A stretch of 54,110 nt of DNA, counting the filler, from Dimargaris cristalligena (lineage: Eukaryota): the NCBI GenBank assembly GCA_003614675.1. It is 2 parts of 2 records of this genome, joined end to end, with 100 filler letters (N's around TTAATTAATTAA, not from the genome) between each part and the next. Parts side by side here need not be neighbours in the genome. Positions count along the whole stretch, not along the records: positions 1 to 27,005 come from ML002526.1; 1 more part is not named here. One strand, written 5' to 3'. Of the stretch, positions 1-12,217 are shown in pieces. The notes beneath the pieces were generated by a model. It was given only the letters and a program-made list of their open reading frames with translations. It was not told the DNA's origin and ran no database searches. Numbering within the stretch: the first letter of the stretch is position 1; each line of letters begins with the position of its first letter. The translations under genes and the position numbers were made by a program.

Positions 1-58
<58 letters not shown>

Positions 59-68
59 CTCTCTCTCT
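1..68. repeat. (CT)n microsatellite
   Basis: Near-perfect CT dinucleotide run from position 1 (one CG interruption), inside a pyrimidine-rich region upstream of the Opy2-like gene. Confidence 0.97.
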
Positions 69-753
69 CACTATAACTCCCACTCCCACTCTCTCGTTCA
101 CCCTTTCCTTTCTCTTCCTTTCCTTGTATCTCGTCTACATCACGCAGTAGTTGGTGTCACCACCTCTCTTCTTCCGCTTCCCTTCTGTTCTGTCCCCCCC
201 CTTACAAAGAGCTTCTAGCCTAGGCCGGTTTTCCGTGTCTTCCTTCAATCTCCGCAACACAAGTCTTTCTCTCCTCTTTTTCTTATCCTCCCATCTTGTC
301 TGACTGCATCTGCTTCACTAAAAGGGAATTCCGAGTCCTCTCTCCCCTTTCTCGCCTGTCCTTTATTTCTCCCGCACGGCTTCGCGTTCCGTTACCAGAA
401 CATATAGTGTCCCAGTCCAACTCGGCCACTCCCCTCCTCTTTTAGTTGTTCTGGCCTCTGTGGCCGTGATTCCTTTACTTACATACCCACCCCGGGCTTC
501 TGTTCATCTTTACCCAGCCCAAGTTGGGAAAAAAGAGCTACTCTCTCCGCCTCGTTTGTCAGACTAGACTCGACTCGACTAGGTTGGACGTGGCTATTGC
601 CTCGAGAAACCCCTGTTATTCGCTTGTGCCCGTTTCTCGGCCTTCGTCGCCCAGCCTAACGGGGGCTCGTATATTCAGCCCCTCCCTCTTATTATTTTCC
701 GTCCAAACTCCGCCTAGTGCTTCCTCCCTCTCAAGACCCTAGTGAAAGGCACC

Positions 754-3476
754 ATGGCAGGTAAGTAGTGGTTATCCACGTCTAATTTTTTAAGCGCTGT
801 TGGGCTATATGCACCTTCATTCACGCAAGCTTGCTTATTCTATGCGGCTTCAGTTAACCGCGGATGATAATGATGAAAGGGACGGGCGCGCATTTCATAG
901 TATATGTGGGTTACAGGTGATGGTGGGGGTGGCGGCTACTACGGGGCTCTCATCGTGCGGTATTTTCGCCCGCGGCCCCGGGGTGTTTGAACCAACCGAC
1001 CGTCGGCCTGGGTCGGTGGTGCACTCTATGAGGGTGCGGCGGGTCAGGGGTGTGTACTGCTTATTATCCAATTTTAGGATTGATCCCCCCCCGACGCTCT
1101 TTCGATGACCTTTTAATACACCAGAGCGGAGTCCCCCTCCCTAGCCTGCATTTAGTCCGGGTACCCCCTGGATGGCGCGGGCATTACAAGACTATATGCG
1201 CCCCCCTTCCCTTATATGCTCAATGAAGCCTGCTTAATCGCATTGACCTCCCCCCCTTTCTCTCTCTCTCTCTCTCTCCTTCGTCCCCTTCGCCAATTCT
1301 TCATTAAACGGGCTCTACTGCACCTTCGGATATTGCATATATGCTTCTCCATCTCGCCTGCTTCCTTATAAATCTACCCATCTCGCGTTTCCCCACCTTG
1401 CCCCTCTTTTCCTCCTCTTCATGCTTACCTATTTATCTGTTCTGCTCGTTTCTCTTTAACCCCCCGTTTCATGCTCGCTAATTGCTATTTTGCCTGTATT
1501 TTTAACGTTACTCCATACACCAACAACCCTTCCCCTTGTATCCTCTACTCGCTCGGCTAGACTCCTTCACCCTTCCTCTTTGGGCCCGAGATATCGATAG
1601 CCCAACCAGTCGCAATAGCACTTCCGTTGGCACCGCCGTTTCCAGTGCTAAGCCATCGGTCACTGCCACATCTTCCGGTAGCTCCCGAACCACCATGGTT
1701 TCCTCAACGAGTACCGCCCATCAGACCAATTCCGACGATACCAATGGCGACTGTGTCGACTGTTCCGGTCAGCCTATAGCCGAGTGCCCCCCCTGTAGCA
1801 GCAACCAAAGTTGTATCTACACGACCCGTACCTGCTCCTCTTGCGCGACTGCGGTCTGCATGGACCTCAACAGTGGTGGCCCTGCCACCTCCACCATCGT
1901 TGGGGCCGCTGTGGGTAGCGTCGCCGCCGTCCTACTCCTCGGTGTCATTGGTTTTTTCCTATGGCGCAAGCGGCGCAATGACAAAGCGGGCCGTCAGCAT
2001 ATGACCGACGGCGACGGTCCCATGCCCGGGACCCGGTCAGCCGACGGAATCGAAGACTTCAAGGCGTCTTCCCATACCACCGACTCGTTCTTTAATGGCA
2101 ACCGCCAAACTATGGGCGAAAAGGACAGTCGTTTCCTGTCCTTCGGCAGCCACTTGGCCGGCGGCCGGGGGTCAGTCTTCAGCGCATTGGACGCCGTTAA
2201 TGGCAGTGCCACCATCAACCAAGCCCAGGTCATTAAGCCCGCCCAGGCATCAGTGAGCCAGGTTAAACCTAAGGTCGTTAATATCGAATTAGTCCGCTCC
2301 GAATCAAACCGTAATTCACCCACCTCCACCATAGACCGCCGTGAACTTAACCGGGATAGCCTTCAATCCATCGAATCCGCCGGGCCTTCCATCTACTTTG
2401 AAAGTGGTTTGCCCCCGCCGGCCGAGGATGGCAAACGTTCCACCCAAATTTACGAGTTCAAGCGGGTGAATACCCTGGGTCGCAGCATGTCGCGGCGTGG
2501 ACGTCGAGGCGGTGTCGGGAATGCCGGCGAGGACGACCTAGACTCCAGCATGGTCGATAACCAGGATCTGGATATTATGGATGCCGAAGTTGGTCTTCCG
2601 GTCGTGACTAGGACAGTGTCCGGCCACTCAGCTAAAATTTCCAGTGCCGGTCAAACCCGCGCTTCGACCCCCAGTAGTCCCACTGAGCAAGCCGCCAGTG
2701 CTGCTCCTAGTTTAACTGTACCACCCGCCGCCCGTAACCGCCAGTCCCGTCGGTTAATGCCGGATACCGCTATTACGGTGGACACGTCTGGACTGGGCTT
2801 GGCTAATTCGTTAGGTCCCCAGCTTTCGTCCGCACCCACTGCCGTCACTCAGCCACCATCGCCCACCGTAGCGGCTGCTCCGTCATCGCAGGTTGCCATT
2901 GATTTGACCGAGCCTAAAACTGCCCAAACCCCACCACCAGGTCCTGCATTCCCCACCAACTCGGCCCCCACTTCCGGGGCAGCTCTTTCTCCCCATACCT
3001 CTGCCACTACCGCCACTGTATCGACTCTTCCTACCCGTGCCACTGCCGCGCCCCCTTCGCTGACGACCACCACCCTGGCCGATGACCCTCTACTGGCCAC
3101 TTCTCTGACTTCGCAGCTTTCCTTCGGTGCCAGTTTGGTCAACTCGTTCCCTATACCGCCCAGCCACGATGATGACCCCGCTCTTCTGGCCGGTCCGAAC
3201 CAAGATTATTTCCGCGGTAATTTGCCCAACACTTCCTTAAATCAAGTCATTAACACCGGCCCTTCTTTGAGTGATTTTATGGCCGATGTCATGTCGGACT
3301 TTAAGCATACGTCGGTGTCCGGCCCAGCGGGTGGTGTCCCCCTCAACACTAGTACTAATACCACCAGCCACTCGACGACTTCTTCCAAGGGTGGCCACAG
3401 TTTAGCAGAGTCCACGGGTACCAGCCCATCGACACCATCCAACCCCTTTTCGAATGCCCATGCCCTGAAGGATTAG
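754..3476 (+). CDS. OPY2: Opy2-like single-pass membrane anchor (~640 aa)
   Basis: Exons 754-760 (ATGGCAG|gtaagt) and 1561-3476 (ctag|ACTCC) join in frame as MADSFTLPLW. An S/T-rich N-terminus is followed by the Cys-rich motif CVDC-x6-CPPC-x5-C-x6-CSSC-x4-C typical of the Opy2 domain, one TM helix (AAVGSVAAVLLLGVIGFFLW), the basic stop-transfer RKRR and a long S/T/P-rich cytoplasmic tail. Confidence 0.75.
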
Positions 3477-5010
3477 AGTAAGCAGGGGGAATGCGCCTAT
3501 TAATTCGATCACCTTTGTACCTTGCCCTTAAGGGTCTACCGTCTTCCTTATTTGTCTGATTCCACATATTTGCATCTTGACGCCTTTTGCTCTATGTTAT
3601 TGCAGCTCCTTAGCCTCGCTTTCCTTATATTCTTTCGGTCACTTTGGTCTTTTACGCCCACATTTAGTGTTCTCCTTCCCACCACTTTCTTCTGTATAAT
3701 CTCAATGATGGGGGGCTGAGCTGAATTTGGCCTCGCCTATAGCCGGGCTGTATAGGCTCTATAATGATGAGTTCATTCACTTAGTCCACTGAGTTACTAC
3801 CATCCTCTTACTCTCCTCCCCTTCCGTTTCGCATATTCATTGAATTCAACGGGATTGAGTACGCGGGGACGGGTTGTCCCTCTTTTGAGTCTCGAAGACT
3901 TCATTTTTCACACATTCTTTATTAGTTTTGCATCGGTGGAGGCTTCATTCAAACTCCCTGCAGGGTTAATTCCCCTATTTATTTGCCTCGTCCGCCTTAA
4001 ATGATCAGTGCAGCTGCCTTTTAACGGTTACTTTTACGTACAGGGTTGAACCTACCATGTAACATCTTCCCTAGTTCTTCCTAATTGGGCCAGTAGCTGT
4101 GTTCCGAGTTTCCTTAATTTTCTTAAAGCAGTGCTTGGGTGGATTGGGGGATATATAGAGAGACACTGCTTATTTAAGCAACGAATATAACACGGTTTTG
4201 TCCGATTGGGTGATTTACAGAGGGCCATTCCTCTTTGCGCGCTTGTGACCGGGACCGTTTTCTTTACCAGTCTTTTACTAATTATTTGCGTGGTTATCCC
4301 TTTGCCAAATATGCCATAGCTTGATGCCTACCAATCCCCATTCCTTGCAATTTATCACTCGTATTATTGACACCACTGGTTTCAATGGTCATTATAACTA
4401 CAACTACTACCATTACACTACTTCATATTGCTTATCACTCCCTCCGCCCACCCATTTATACGCCTATTCGCTTTGGTGTGTGCATATATGTGGCTACGAG
4501 GGAAGGCGAATTCCCAAATATTTTTTAAAAATAAAACGCTGGACGTTTACATTCATCATTAGTGGCCGCCTTAATAATTGGCCTGAGCGAGTCCTATGAA
4601 TGGAGGGGAAGGAAGTGTCCGGGTGGGAAGAAGTGTGAAAGATTCCATCTTAGTTGAATTGTTTTATATATTGAGCGTGTTGTGTTTTGTTGGTCTATTA
4701 TTTCGTGTTGTTCAGTTTAGGCTAATAGGTCTACAGAGCTTGGGCTCCCTGAGGCCACAAACATTCCGTATTATTATCCTTCAACTTTTACTATCTTTGT
4801 TCAGTCTCACTCGGTCATTTCGTTTCCTTCCTCCAGGCCAGCCCGTTCCTCCCTTGTTTAAATGCTTTTTAATCGCTCTGTTCCTTTTCCAGGTTTCCTT
4901 TCCCGGCATCGGCATTATCTTCTGGCGTGCATCCCCCACTCATTTATTATTTTAACCTTATATTTCTCGTGGTATACTACCTCCAGCCTGCGTGAGCTTC
5001 CTCTTTAAAC

Positions 5011-6909
5011 ATGTCGAGTCGAAATGACAAATATGATAAGGTAACAACCCCCCGCTTTCTCCTTCTCCATTCCCCCGTTTAACCGCTGCTCAACGAAGTC
5101 CCATACGCCTTAGTTGGGGCCCACGACTTCCTCCCCCCTTCCACCCCATCCATTTCATTCCAGCCCGGTAGAGTAGGCAGACCCCTCTTCCCTCATTCGT
5201 TTTGCCTAGAGTTCCTATCGTCGAGGGTCGCATGTTTTCTAACTCCCTATTGTACATACCCTTTTATTTATATTACCATAACCTTGACCCGCCTTATTCG
5301 CGATTCCTCCTTCAACATGTCCACCTTCATGGCCTACAGAATCGGTACAAGTACATTAGCGAAATTCAGCAAATGATGTTCGTGTCCGGTGAGGTTGCCG
5401 ATCCCTTGGTCGAAACAGCGGCGCTTATCGAGGACATTGTGCGTTCCCAGGTCATTGATATCGTAAGTCCTCGCCTCTTTTTTCGGTTCCGTCATTTTTT
5501 TTAATGAACCTGCGCACTTGAACCTGTCCTGTTTCTCACATTTGGACTGTTTTTATTTAATACTTTAGATTCTTTTTAGTTCTAACCTACTTTAACTCTT
5601 GCTTCTGCGTATCCCTTATCTTACTCACTGCACACTATCTCATGGGGGGTTTCTAGATTATAATGGCGGCTGCGTTGGCGCAGGGCCGTGGGTCCCGCAG
5701 TATCGCGTCGGAGGATTTGATATTTTTGATTCGCCACGATAAGAGTAAAGTGGCTCGACTCCGTACGTATTTGAGCTGGAAGGATATCCGGAAAAACGTA
5801 CGGGATAACGGAGCCCCTGAAACCGGCGAAGAAATGGCCGAAGATCCTAATGCAGGTAAGTTTAAACTCCACTGGCCTGGTTGGTGCATTCTAATTATTG
5901 GCTCCAGTGTTTTGTTCGGTTGCTCTAAATTGGATCTCTTATATAGTACACGTACCAAGGTTATTATGCTTAACGCCACTACTTTTTTTATACTATGTCC
6001 TCTCCCCCCCCCTTTCGTTCTATCGTCTATAGCTGAAAAACAGGAAAAAAGCCGCAAAAACAAGATCCGACTCTGCTGGGAATACGTGAACGGATTTCCC
6101 GAGGCAATGAATGACTCGGATGATGAAGACGAGGAAGTTGACGAACTCGACGATACAGTGGCGCGCCTTAAGGTAAGGGCCACTCATAGTATTGCAGTTT
6201 ACTCCCACTGGTCTTTAGAGATTCCATTTACTGTTATATCGACAGTAGGTTAAGCTAAATCTATCGACCACTTCCTTTTCCACCATAAAGGGCACTCCCC
6301 TCCCACTGACTAGTTTTGCCTTTCAAAATGCGATTTATTAATTCGACATTTAACCCCCCCTCCCAAAATTTAAACATACATTTCGTTACCCTCCTCTTCC
6401 GCCTTACCCAGCGCGCCGATGAAATTACCCGCGCCATGACCCGGGCCCAATACGAACACTATTCCGAATGCCGTCAGGCCTCTTTCACTTTCCGGCGCGG
6501 GAAGCGATTCCGCGACTGGGCCAACATGTCGGCCTATATTGACATGAAGCCCAACGAAGACATTATCGATATCCTCGGGTTTTTAACCTGCGAAATGGTG
6601 ACTAAATTGACGGAACTGGGCTTAGAATTCAAGGCCAGTAGCCATTATAGTCAACCCCCGGCACCGACGACGACAGCGGCTTCCCGTACGGCGACCTCTG
6701 GTTCGAATGGAACGGCCGGTTCGGCAACGGGTTCGGGTGACGGAACGGAGGGGGAAGCCCGCATTGGCCTCTTCTCCTCACCACCGTCCGCCCGGACTCC
6801 TCTGAATCCTTCCCATATTTTGGAGGCTTACCGCCGGTTACAGAATGCTGTGCATCCTATCCAGAATTTCCGGGGTGGACTGGCGCGTTCCCAAGTGTCC
6901 CTCATTTAG
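5011..6909 (+). CDS. SPT3: SAGA complex subunit Spt3 (~329 aa, 5 exons)
   Basis: Exons 5011-5040, 5340-5462, 5657-5855, 6033-6172, 6412-6909, all GT-AG and in frame. The motifs YISEIQQMMFVSGE, LIEDIVRSQV, EDLIFLIRHDKSKVARLRTYLSWKD and YSECRQASFTFRRGKRFRDW are characteristic of Spt3. Confidence 0.96.
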
Positions 6910-8124
6910 CTGTTGGTGGGTTGGACTAGACTGGGCGGGGCGGGGTTGGGTTGGGTTGGGTAATTCGATACGGGGTGGGCTTCGAGCCTCACAGATCGAG
7001 GTTGTGTAATTTCTAGTTCATCTCCCCCGACCTCTCCCTCCCCTGGTTCATCATACCATGTATTTTAGTATGTCACGTGTGTGGTAGTGCTACTCCCTCA
7101 ATAAAGGCAGAGACAAGACCCCGTAATTTATATGTATTGATTTAGCTAGTTTGGGTACATGTGCGGTAGTTATTGTCTTGGGTAAGGTGCCGAGCACAGT
7201 GGCTGTTCTTGTGTATAGGTGTTGTAATATTGAGCTGAAGTAGTGCTTCCAGAAACATCCATAGTGATGTAGAATATAAACTACCGGCTTAAACTGGGTA
7301 TCAGGGCTATTTACTCTTGGTTTGAACTATAGTCACCATTGGCGTGTAAACATAGCTAGATTATGCCTAGCGCTATCCCAGAACATCAATCCAATGAGAT
7401 AATATTCAGCTTGGCTTCCATTTGGCTTGGCGGCTATGAGTGATAATCTTAGAAGCATGCCACACTTTCCACCTACCTGTAACGAGTAATACACCCTACC
7501 GCTATTTTAAGAAGCTTGGCGTGGCGCTGGGGAATATCGGATATTTGGGCAATATTCCAAATAATTAATTTTCCGACTAAGCCGTAACTTCCTCCCTGCC
7601 GTTTTGTCTAATATTTAATGAGTAGATCCCCCCTCTTACCAATTCTTGACTTGCAACAGGGTAGAAGGCCTACCGTTGAATACAGCCAGAAAAACACCAC
7701 ACCCCTGATAAATTAGAACGACAAATCAGTAACATTGTCCGGACAATAGAAACTTGGGGAGGAGGAGGAGTAAGAAAGAACACACAAGACCGCCCAACCT
7801 GCTCGGTTGCTTAAACTAGATGGGAGAGGAAGGGGTCACGCAATCTCAACGGGAGAAGGAGTCCTGCGCATTCTCTCTCTCTCTCTCTTTTCCGTATGGC
7901 CGCCCGCTAGCTCGGCCCATACTGCACATTCTGCCTTATTGTTCGCTCCTTACTTCCTCAACCTTCTACTTTCCCAACCCTCGCATCTTATACTGCGTCG
8001 TGTTTACCTAGTTCAACCTCAGCTGTCTTCCTACTTCCTTCACCATTATACATCTCTCTTCCCGGCAGCCTTTGAATTCCCTACCACACTGCCACCCGCA
8101 CGTCCATCTCGTTTAATATTCAAT

Positions 8125-9521
8125 ATGGAGGTTAGTCTACGACCGCTCTCAACCCCATTGCCTATTACCCTGTCAGGCCAATGTCCCACCCAACGGAATA
8201 TACTACCGGGTAAACAGCCACAGGGGCAGTCACTAACTACTGCATGTTATATACCCCAATTCCATTACTTTCTCGTTACATCGGTACACCCATGGCCGTT
8301 CGGAACTTCCTGTGTATTCTCCCTACAGGAAATGAAGCTGTATCATAATTTGGCGGAGCGAGAGCGCTACGAAAACCTGGCCGAGCTCTATGCCATCATC
8401 GTAACGACCGAACAATTAGAACGGGCCTATGTTCGTGACTGGGTCTCCCAAGCCGAGTAAGTTACCAACCCGATTCCTGTGGTTAAATATATATATGTGT
8501 GTGTGTGCGAGTATGTGAAGGGGAGGGTGTGGTTGCCCCGATCATCCGTTCCATAAATTTACTACCGGCGTCTTTCCGGGTGGTCGAACAATGGAAGACA
8601 ATTCGTAGTACTTACAATTTCTCTTATTAATTATTCCTTTTCAGCCAGTTCCTGAGCACCAATCCACCTATTTACCAATGCTTCGGTTTGGAAATTGCCT
8701 CCACCGTATTTTTCTATATCTATACATACTTTCTTGTCGATACTAGCTACACACCCGCGTGTTCCAAACTCATAGCCCAGTACAAATCCGTTCTCAATCT
8801 AGTAGGCTCCGACGTTCCGGACGTCCAACAGTTCATGGCGGACCATAAGCTCAATTGCCCTGCGGCATGGAAGCGCCTCCAAATCGGCGTTCCGTTGACT
8901 GTGGAACATGCCACTCTGAGCGATCACGATCCGTCCAAGTCCGCGAAGTACGTCGCCGAAACGGTCCAGAACTTCATCACCCTGATTGATTCCCTGAAAC
9001 TGAACCGCCATGCGGTCGATGAAATTCATCCCATTTTAAGTGACTTGATGCAAAGTCTCAACAACGTGAGCACACTGCCGGTGGATTTTGAGGGCAAAGC
9101 GAAACTATTGGAATGGTAAGTTGCACCACGTTGGATTTGGGGCTAGAAGGGGTGCTTTCATGGAGGGCTACTATTTAGTACACATCCTCGTAAATATATA
9201 TATATATATACATATAGACCGAACGGGACTGGATATTGATTATTTGTCGTGATTTGTGGTATAATTGCCACTGTGAACTATTCATTCGTAAAGAACCCTG
9301 GTTGGCTCGACATTCATATTTTACTGCTGCATCTTCCATAACAAGCCCTACTTTAACTAATGTATACCGCTATATCAAATACCCTTCAATTCTTTAGGCT
9401 GATTAACCTGAACCAAATGCGGGCCAGTGACGAGTTAGAGCCTAACCAAGTTCGCCAGCTTCTATTCGATCTGGAAAACGCCCATCACGCGTTTTATCGG
9501 TTTCTTTCGAGTAGCTCCTAA
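8125..9521 (+). CDS. VPS28: ESCRT-I subunit Vps28 (~208 aa, 4 exons)
   Basis: Exons 8125-8130, 8329-8456, 8747-9115, 9398-9521. Motifs ERERYENLAELYAII..EQLERAY, YTPACSKLIAQYK, VAETVQNFITLIDSLKL and WLINLNQMRASDEL..QVRQLLFDLE. The 6-nt first exon is tentative; ATG 8332 is the alternative start. Confidence 0.95.
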
Positions 9522-9890
9522 ACCCAAGCCCTTCTATTCCGTATTGTTTTATCTATCTAACCCTCGGGATATATTTGGTATAGGCCCATTGTGTTTGGAT
9601 ACATCATGAGGGCCTCGATATTTGGAAAAAGGGAGGAGGGGCGGTGCTGAACCAAATCGGATACTGGGGCTGAAATTTGTACTGTAAAAATTTTTATAAA
9701 ATATATGAATTCATACGCACACCTTCATGTATATATTCATTGGGGGCATATCACTTAACATGCAGTTTGTGGGTGTTGACTTAATCGAAGTTGGATTTTG
9801 TCCTTGGTTTGACCAAGGGAGCATAATGGCTACATTTCGAACTGTATCCTAAAATAATAAGTGGTTTTTCCATAGGCTATACGCAATTAA

Positions 9891-10197
9891 ATATGGGTGA
9901 AATTCGACCCAGCCGTATATGGTTTTAAATGATATGTGTACGGGAAGATGGGCGGGATATTCATGCTTAACCAGTAGTATTCGCCCCATCCAGCGGATTT
10001 TTCGTTATATAGCCTGGTCGAACCTCTCCCATATTGTTTATTGTCCCGCTTATATATGGGAGAAGTTCATTCAGGCTGTATAACGAAAAATCCATTAGAT
10101 TCGGCCAATATTACTAGTTAAAAATAAATTTCCCATATATTCTCCCATACACATATAATGTAAACCCTTATATAGCTGGGCTGAATTTCACCCATAT
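9891..10197. mobile_element. Inverted pair of 144-bp MITE-like elements forming a 307-bp foldback
   Basis: 9891-10034 aligns without gaps to the reverse complement of 10054-10197 at 112/144 by hand count, with a 19-nt spacer. Each unit has its own ~30-nt imperfect terminal inverted repeats (ATATGGG...CCCATAT; 22/30 in the left unit). There is no coding capacity. Confidence 0.8.
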
Positions 10198-11806
10198 CGA
10201 CACTATTAGAATATCTCTTTTGCTAGGAATGCAGACCTCAACCGGACAACTTGCGGTAATGCTTGCTGCACTCGTCGGTACGCTTCATGTTATCCCTTCT
10301 TCCCCAACTCCTCTTACTATACATGTAGGACGCCGCCAATTGTCTATGTTTTTGACCACCCTTTCGTTTCCGGTAGTGGTCCATATGATTTGGCTATGCC
10401 AAAGTAAACAATACCTTTAAGCTGGAGTTTCCTGAAGCATATGCGCCATGGTCAGTACTTCCCGATCAATACTAACTACTATTACCCCTGCCCTAAACCG
10501 ATAAGTAGTCATCCAATTCACACAATTCGGGTGGTATCAATTCCCTCCTATCTAGCCGTCCTATTGCTTGTCTTGTATTTTACCAATTCTGCCAAGGTAT
10601 GGGAGGAGTGGTTCAGGTACAGTCGTTGGGTCGGCAAAGGTACTACGGAAACACTTCTCGAATTTTGATTCCACTACATATTGGAGGTGGAAAAGGATGT
10701 TTCTTTTGGACAATACGCCTCAGAGGAGTATCCCTCAGCTCTACCATCCCCCGTCTATTACCAACCTCCCCCTCCCCCTCCCCCTCCCCCTCCCTAATGG
10801 CGGGTGACTTAAAAACTACCCAATGGTAGCTGGAGTGTTATGATAGGGCTTTTGGAACCCTTGGTATTTTTACGAGGATATTTATTTATTTGCGCGGATA
10901 AAACAAACCCCGAGACAACCTATTTTTCACCGTTCCTCACCATTCCTGCTTTATCTCGTGGGGGATTAAATAAAGCAGCGCCGGACCCTCGGTTTTTCTA
11001 ATTGTGGATAAATAATGTCTGTAGGATCTCCGATGCTATGTCTCTTTAGGGCCGCTCCTTTTTGGTCAAGGCGTGGCGGAAAGAGTGGCTATACTCCCAT
11101 TGGACTAGCGTAACACCCTATCGGCAATCCTCTCTTCTCCTAAAACCATGCCGGCAGTGCCAAACATATGTAGTTCAATGATAATTTGAACAAAGGGACC
11201 GACTTCACAGTCTTATAATAATTGGTTGATATCTGGGACTCGAGGCGCAGGCTCGGAGATGGGGTTGATCGGGTCTAAAATCAATACGTGATTGGGGGAA
11301 TCAAATTATTTACCATGCGGTATATAGTTGCTTGCCGATTTACTCCTCCCCCACCTCCTCCATCCAGACTATATCCTACATGCCCCTGCTCGTACATTTT
11401 GCGCCGAGACTGTTTTACTAGTGCATTGGGGCGTAAGGCGCAAGCCAAACGATTCCTTATAAATATACAGTGCGCCGGTCTGTCCAAGAGGATTTATCAT
11501 TACATTCTATGTCTACCTAGTTTACGTAGAACCGCCACAGCCACCCCTTTTTTACAATAAGCGTGCCCAGCCTTCGCCGGCAAGTATTATAGTAGGATGT
11601 CTATTGTCTATAGTCATTTCGGACTAGCGAATACTGCTTGGTGTCTCGTTTAGAAGAAGGGTTTTACATTTTCTTTTTACCTGTCCAACTATGTGTACCT
11701 ATTAACCCCCTCTTCTATTGGGCGTTCTGAACGGTCCTCATTGGTATTTAATGCATTGTTGACCCATTATCCTTCCCCTCGTCCCTCGCGTCGTCCCCCC
11801 AATACC

Positions 11807-12217
11807 ATGGAAGCCCTCCAAACCTCTGCAATGTCCCGTCGAGTACTCTATGTCACTCTCTGCACCTTGGCCCTCCTAGTGTTGACCTCGCAACCGGAAA
11901 CCGCGGCTACTACGTCTTTCCTCCCTGTGGATGACCTTGCCGAGTCCTACCGTCCGGTCCCGAACGGTCAGGGCCAACCTAGAATAAAGGCGTCTCCGGA
12001 TACTCCAACGGGGAAGTCTGGTAACTTAATTAGCCGACTGATAGCTAACATTAAGGCTAGATTGGCCTATTTTTTAAAAAAATACCTTAGCGAGGGGGAT
12101 GCTTCGGGAGAAGAGGCTGGAATGAGAGCGGAAATCAACTGGCGGCTGGACCAAATGGTACAGCGTCAAGAATTTAAACGTTCTGGAACATACTACCAAC
12201 CGCCGGCTCAGCTGTAA
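11807..12217 (+). CDS. Small putative secreted protein of unknown function (136 aa; 128 aa if it starts at ATG 11831)
   Basis: ATG in ACCATGG context. Signal-peptide-like N-terminus (RRVLYVTLCTLALLVLTSQPETAA), intronless ORF, no family recognised. Confidence 0.55.
   Translation: MEALQTSAMSRRVLYVTLCTLALLVLTSQPETAATTSFLPVDDLAESYRPVPNGQGQPRIKASPDTPTGKSGNLISRLIANIKARLAYFLKKYLSEGDASGEEAGMRAEINWRLDQMVQRQEFKRSGTYYQPPAQL

Noticed and set aside
4596..4955. 119-aa hydrophobic ORF upstream of SPT3
   Set aside because: Its Leu/Phe richness is explained by T-rich promoter/leader DNA, and it has no recognisable family.
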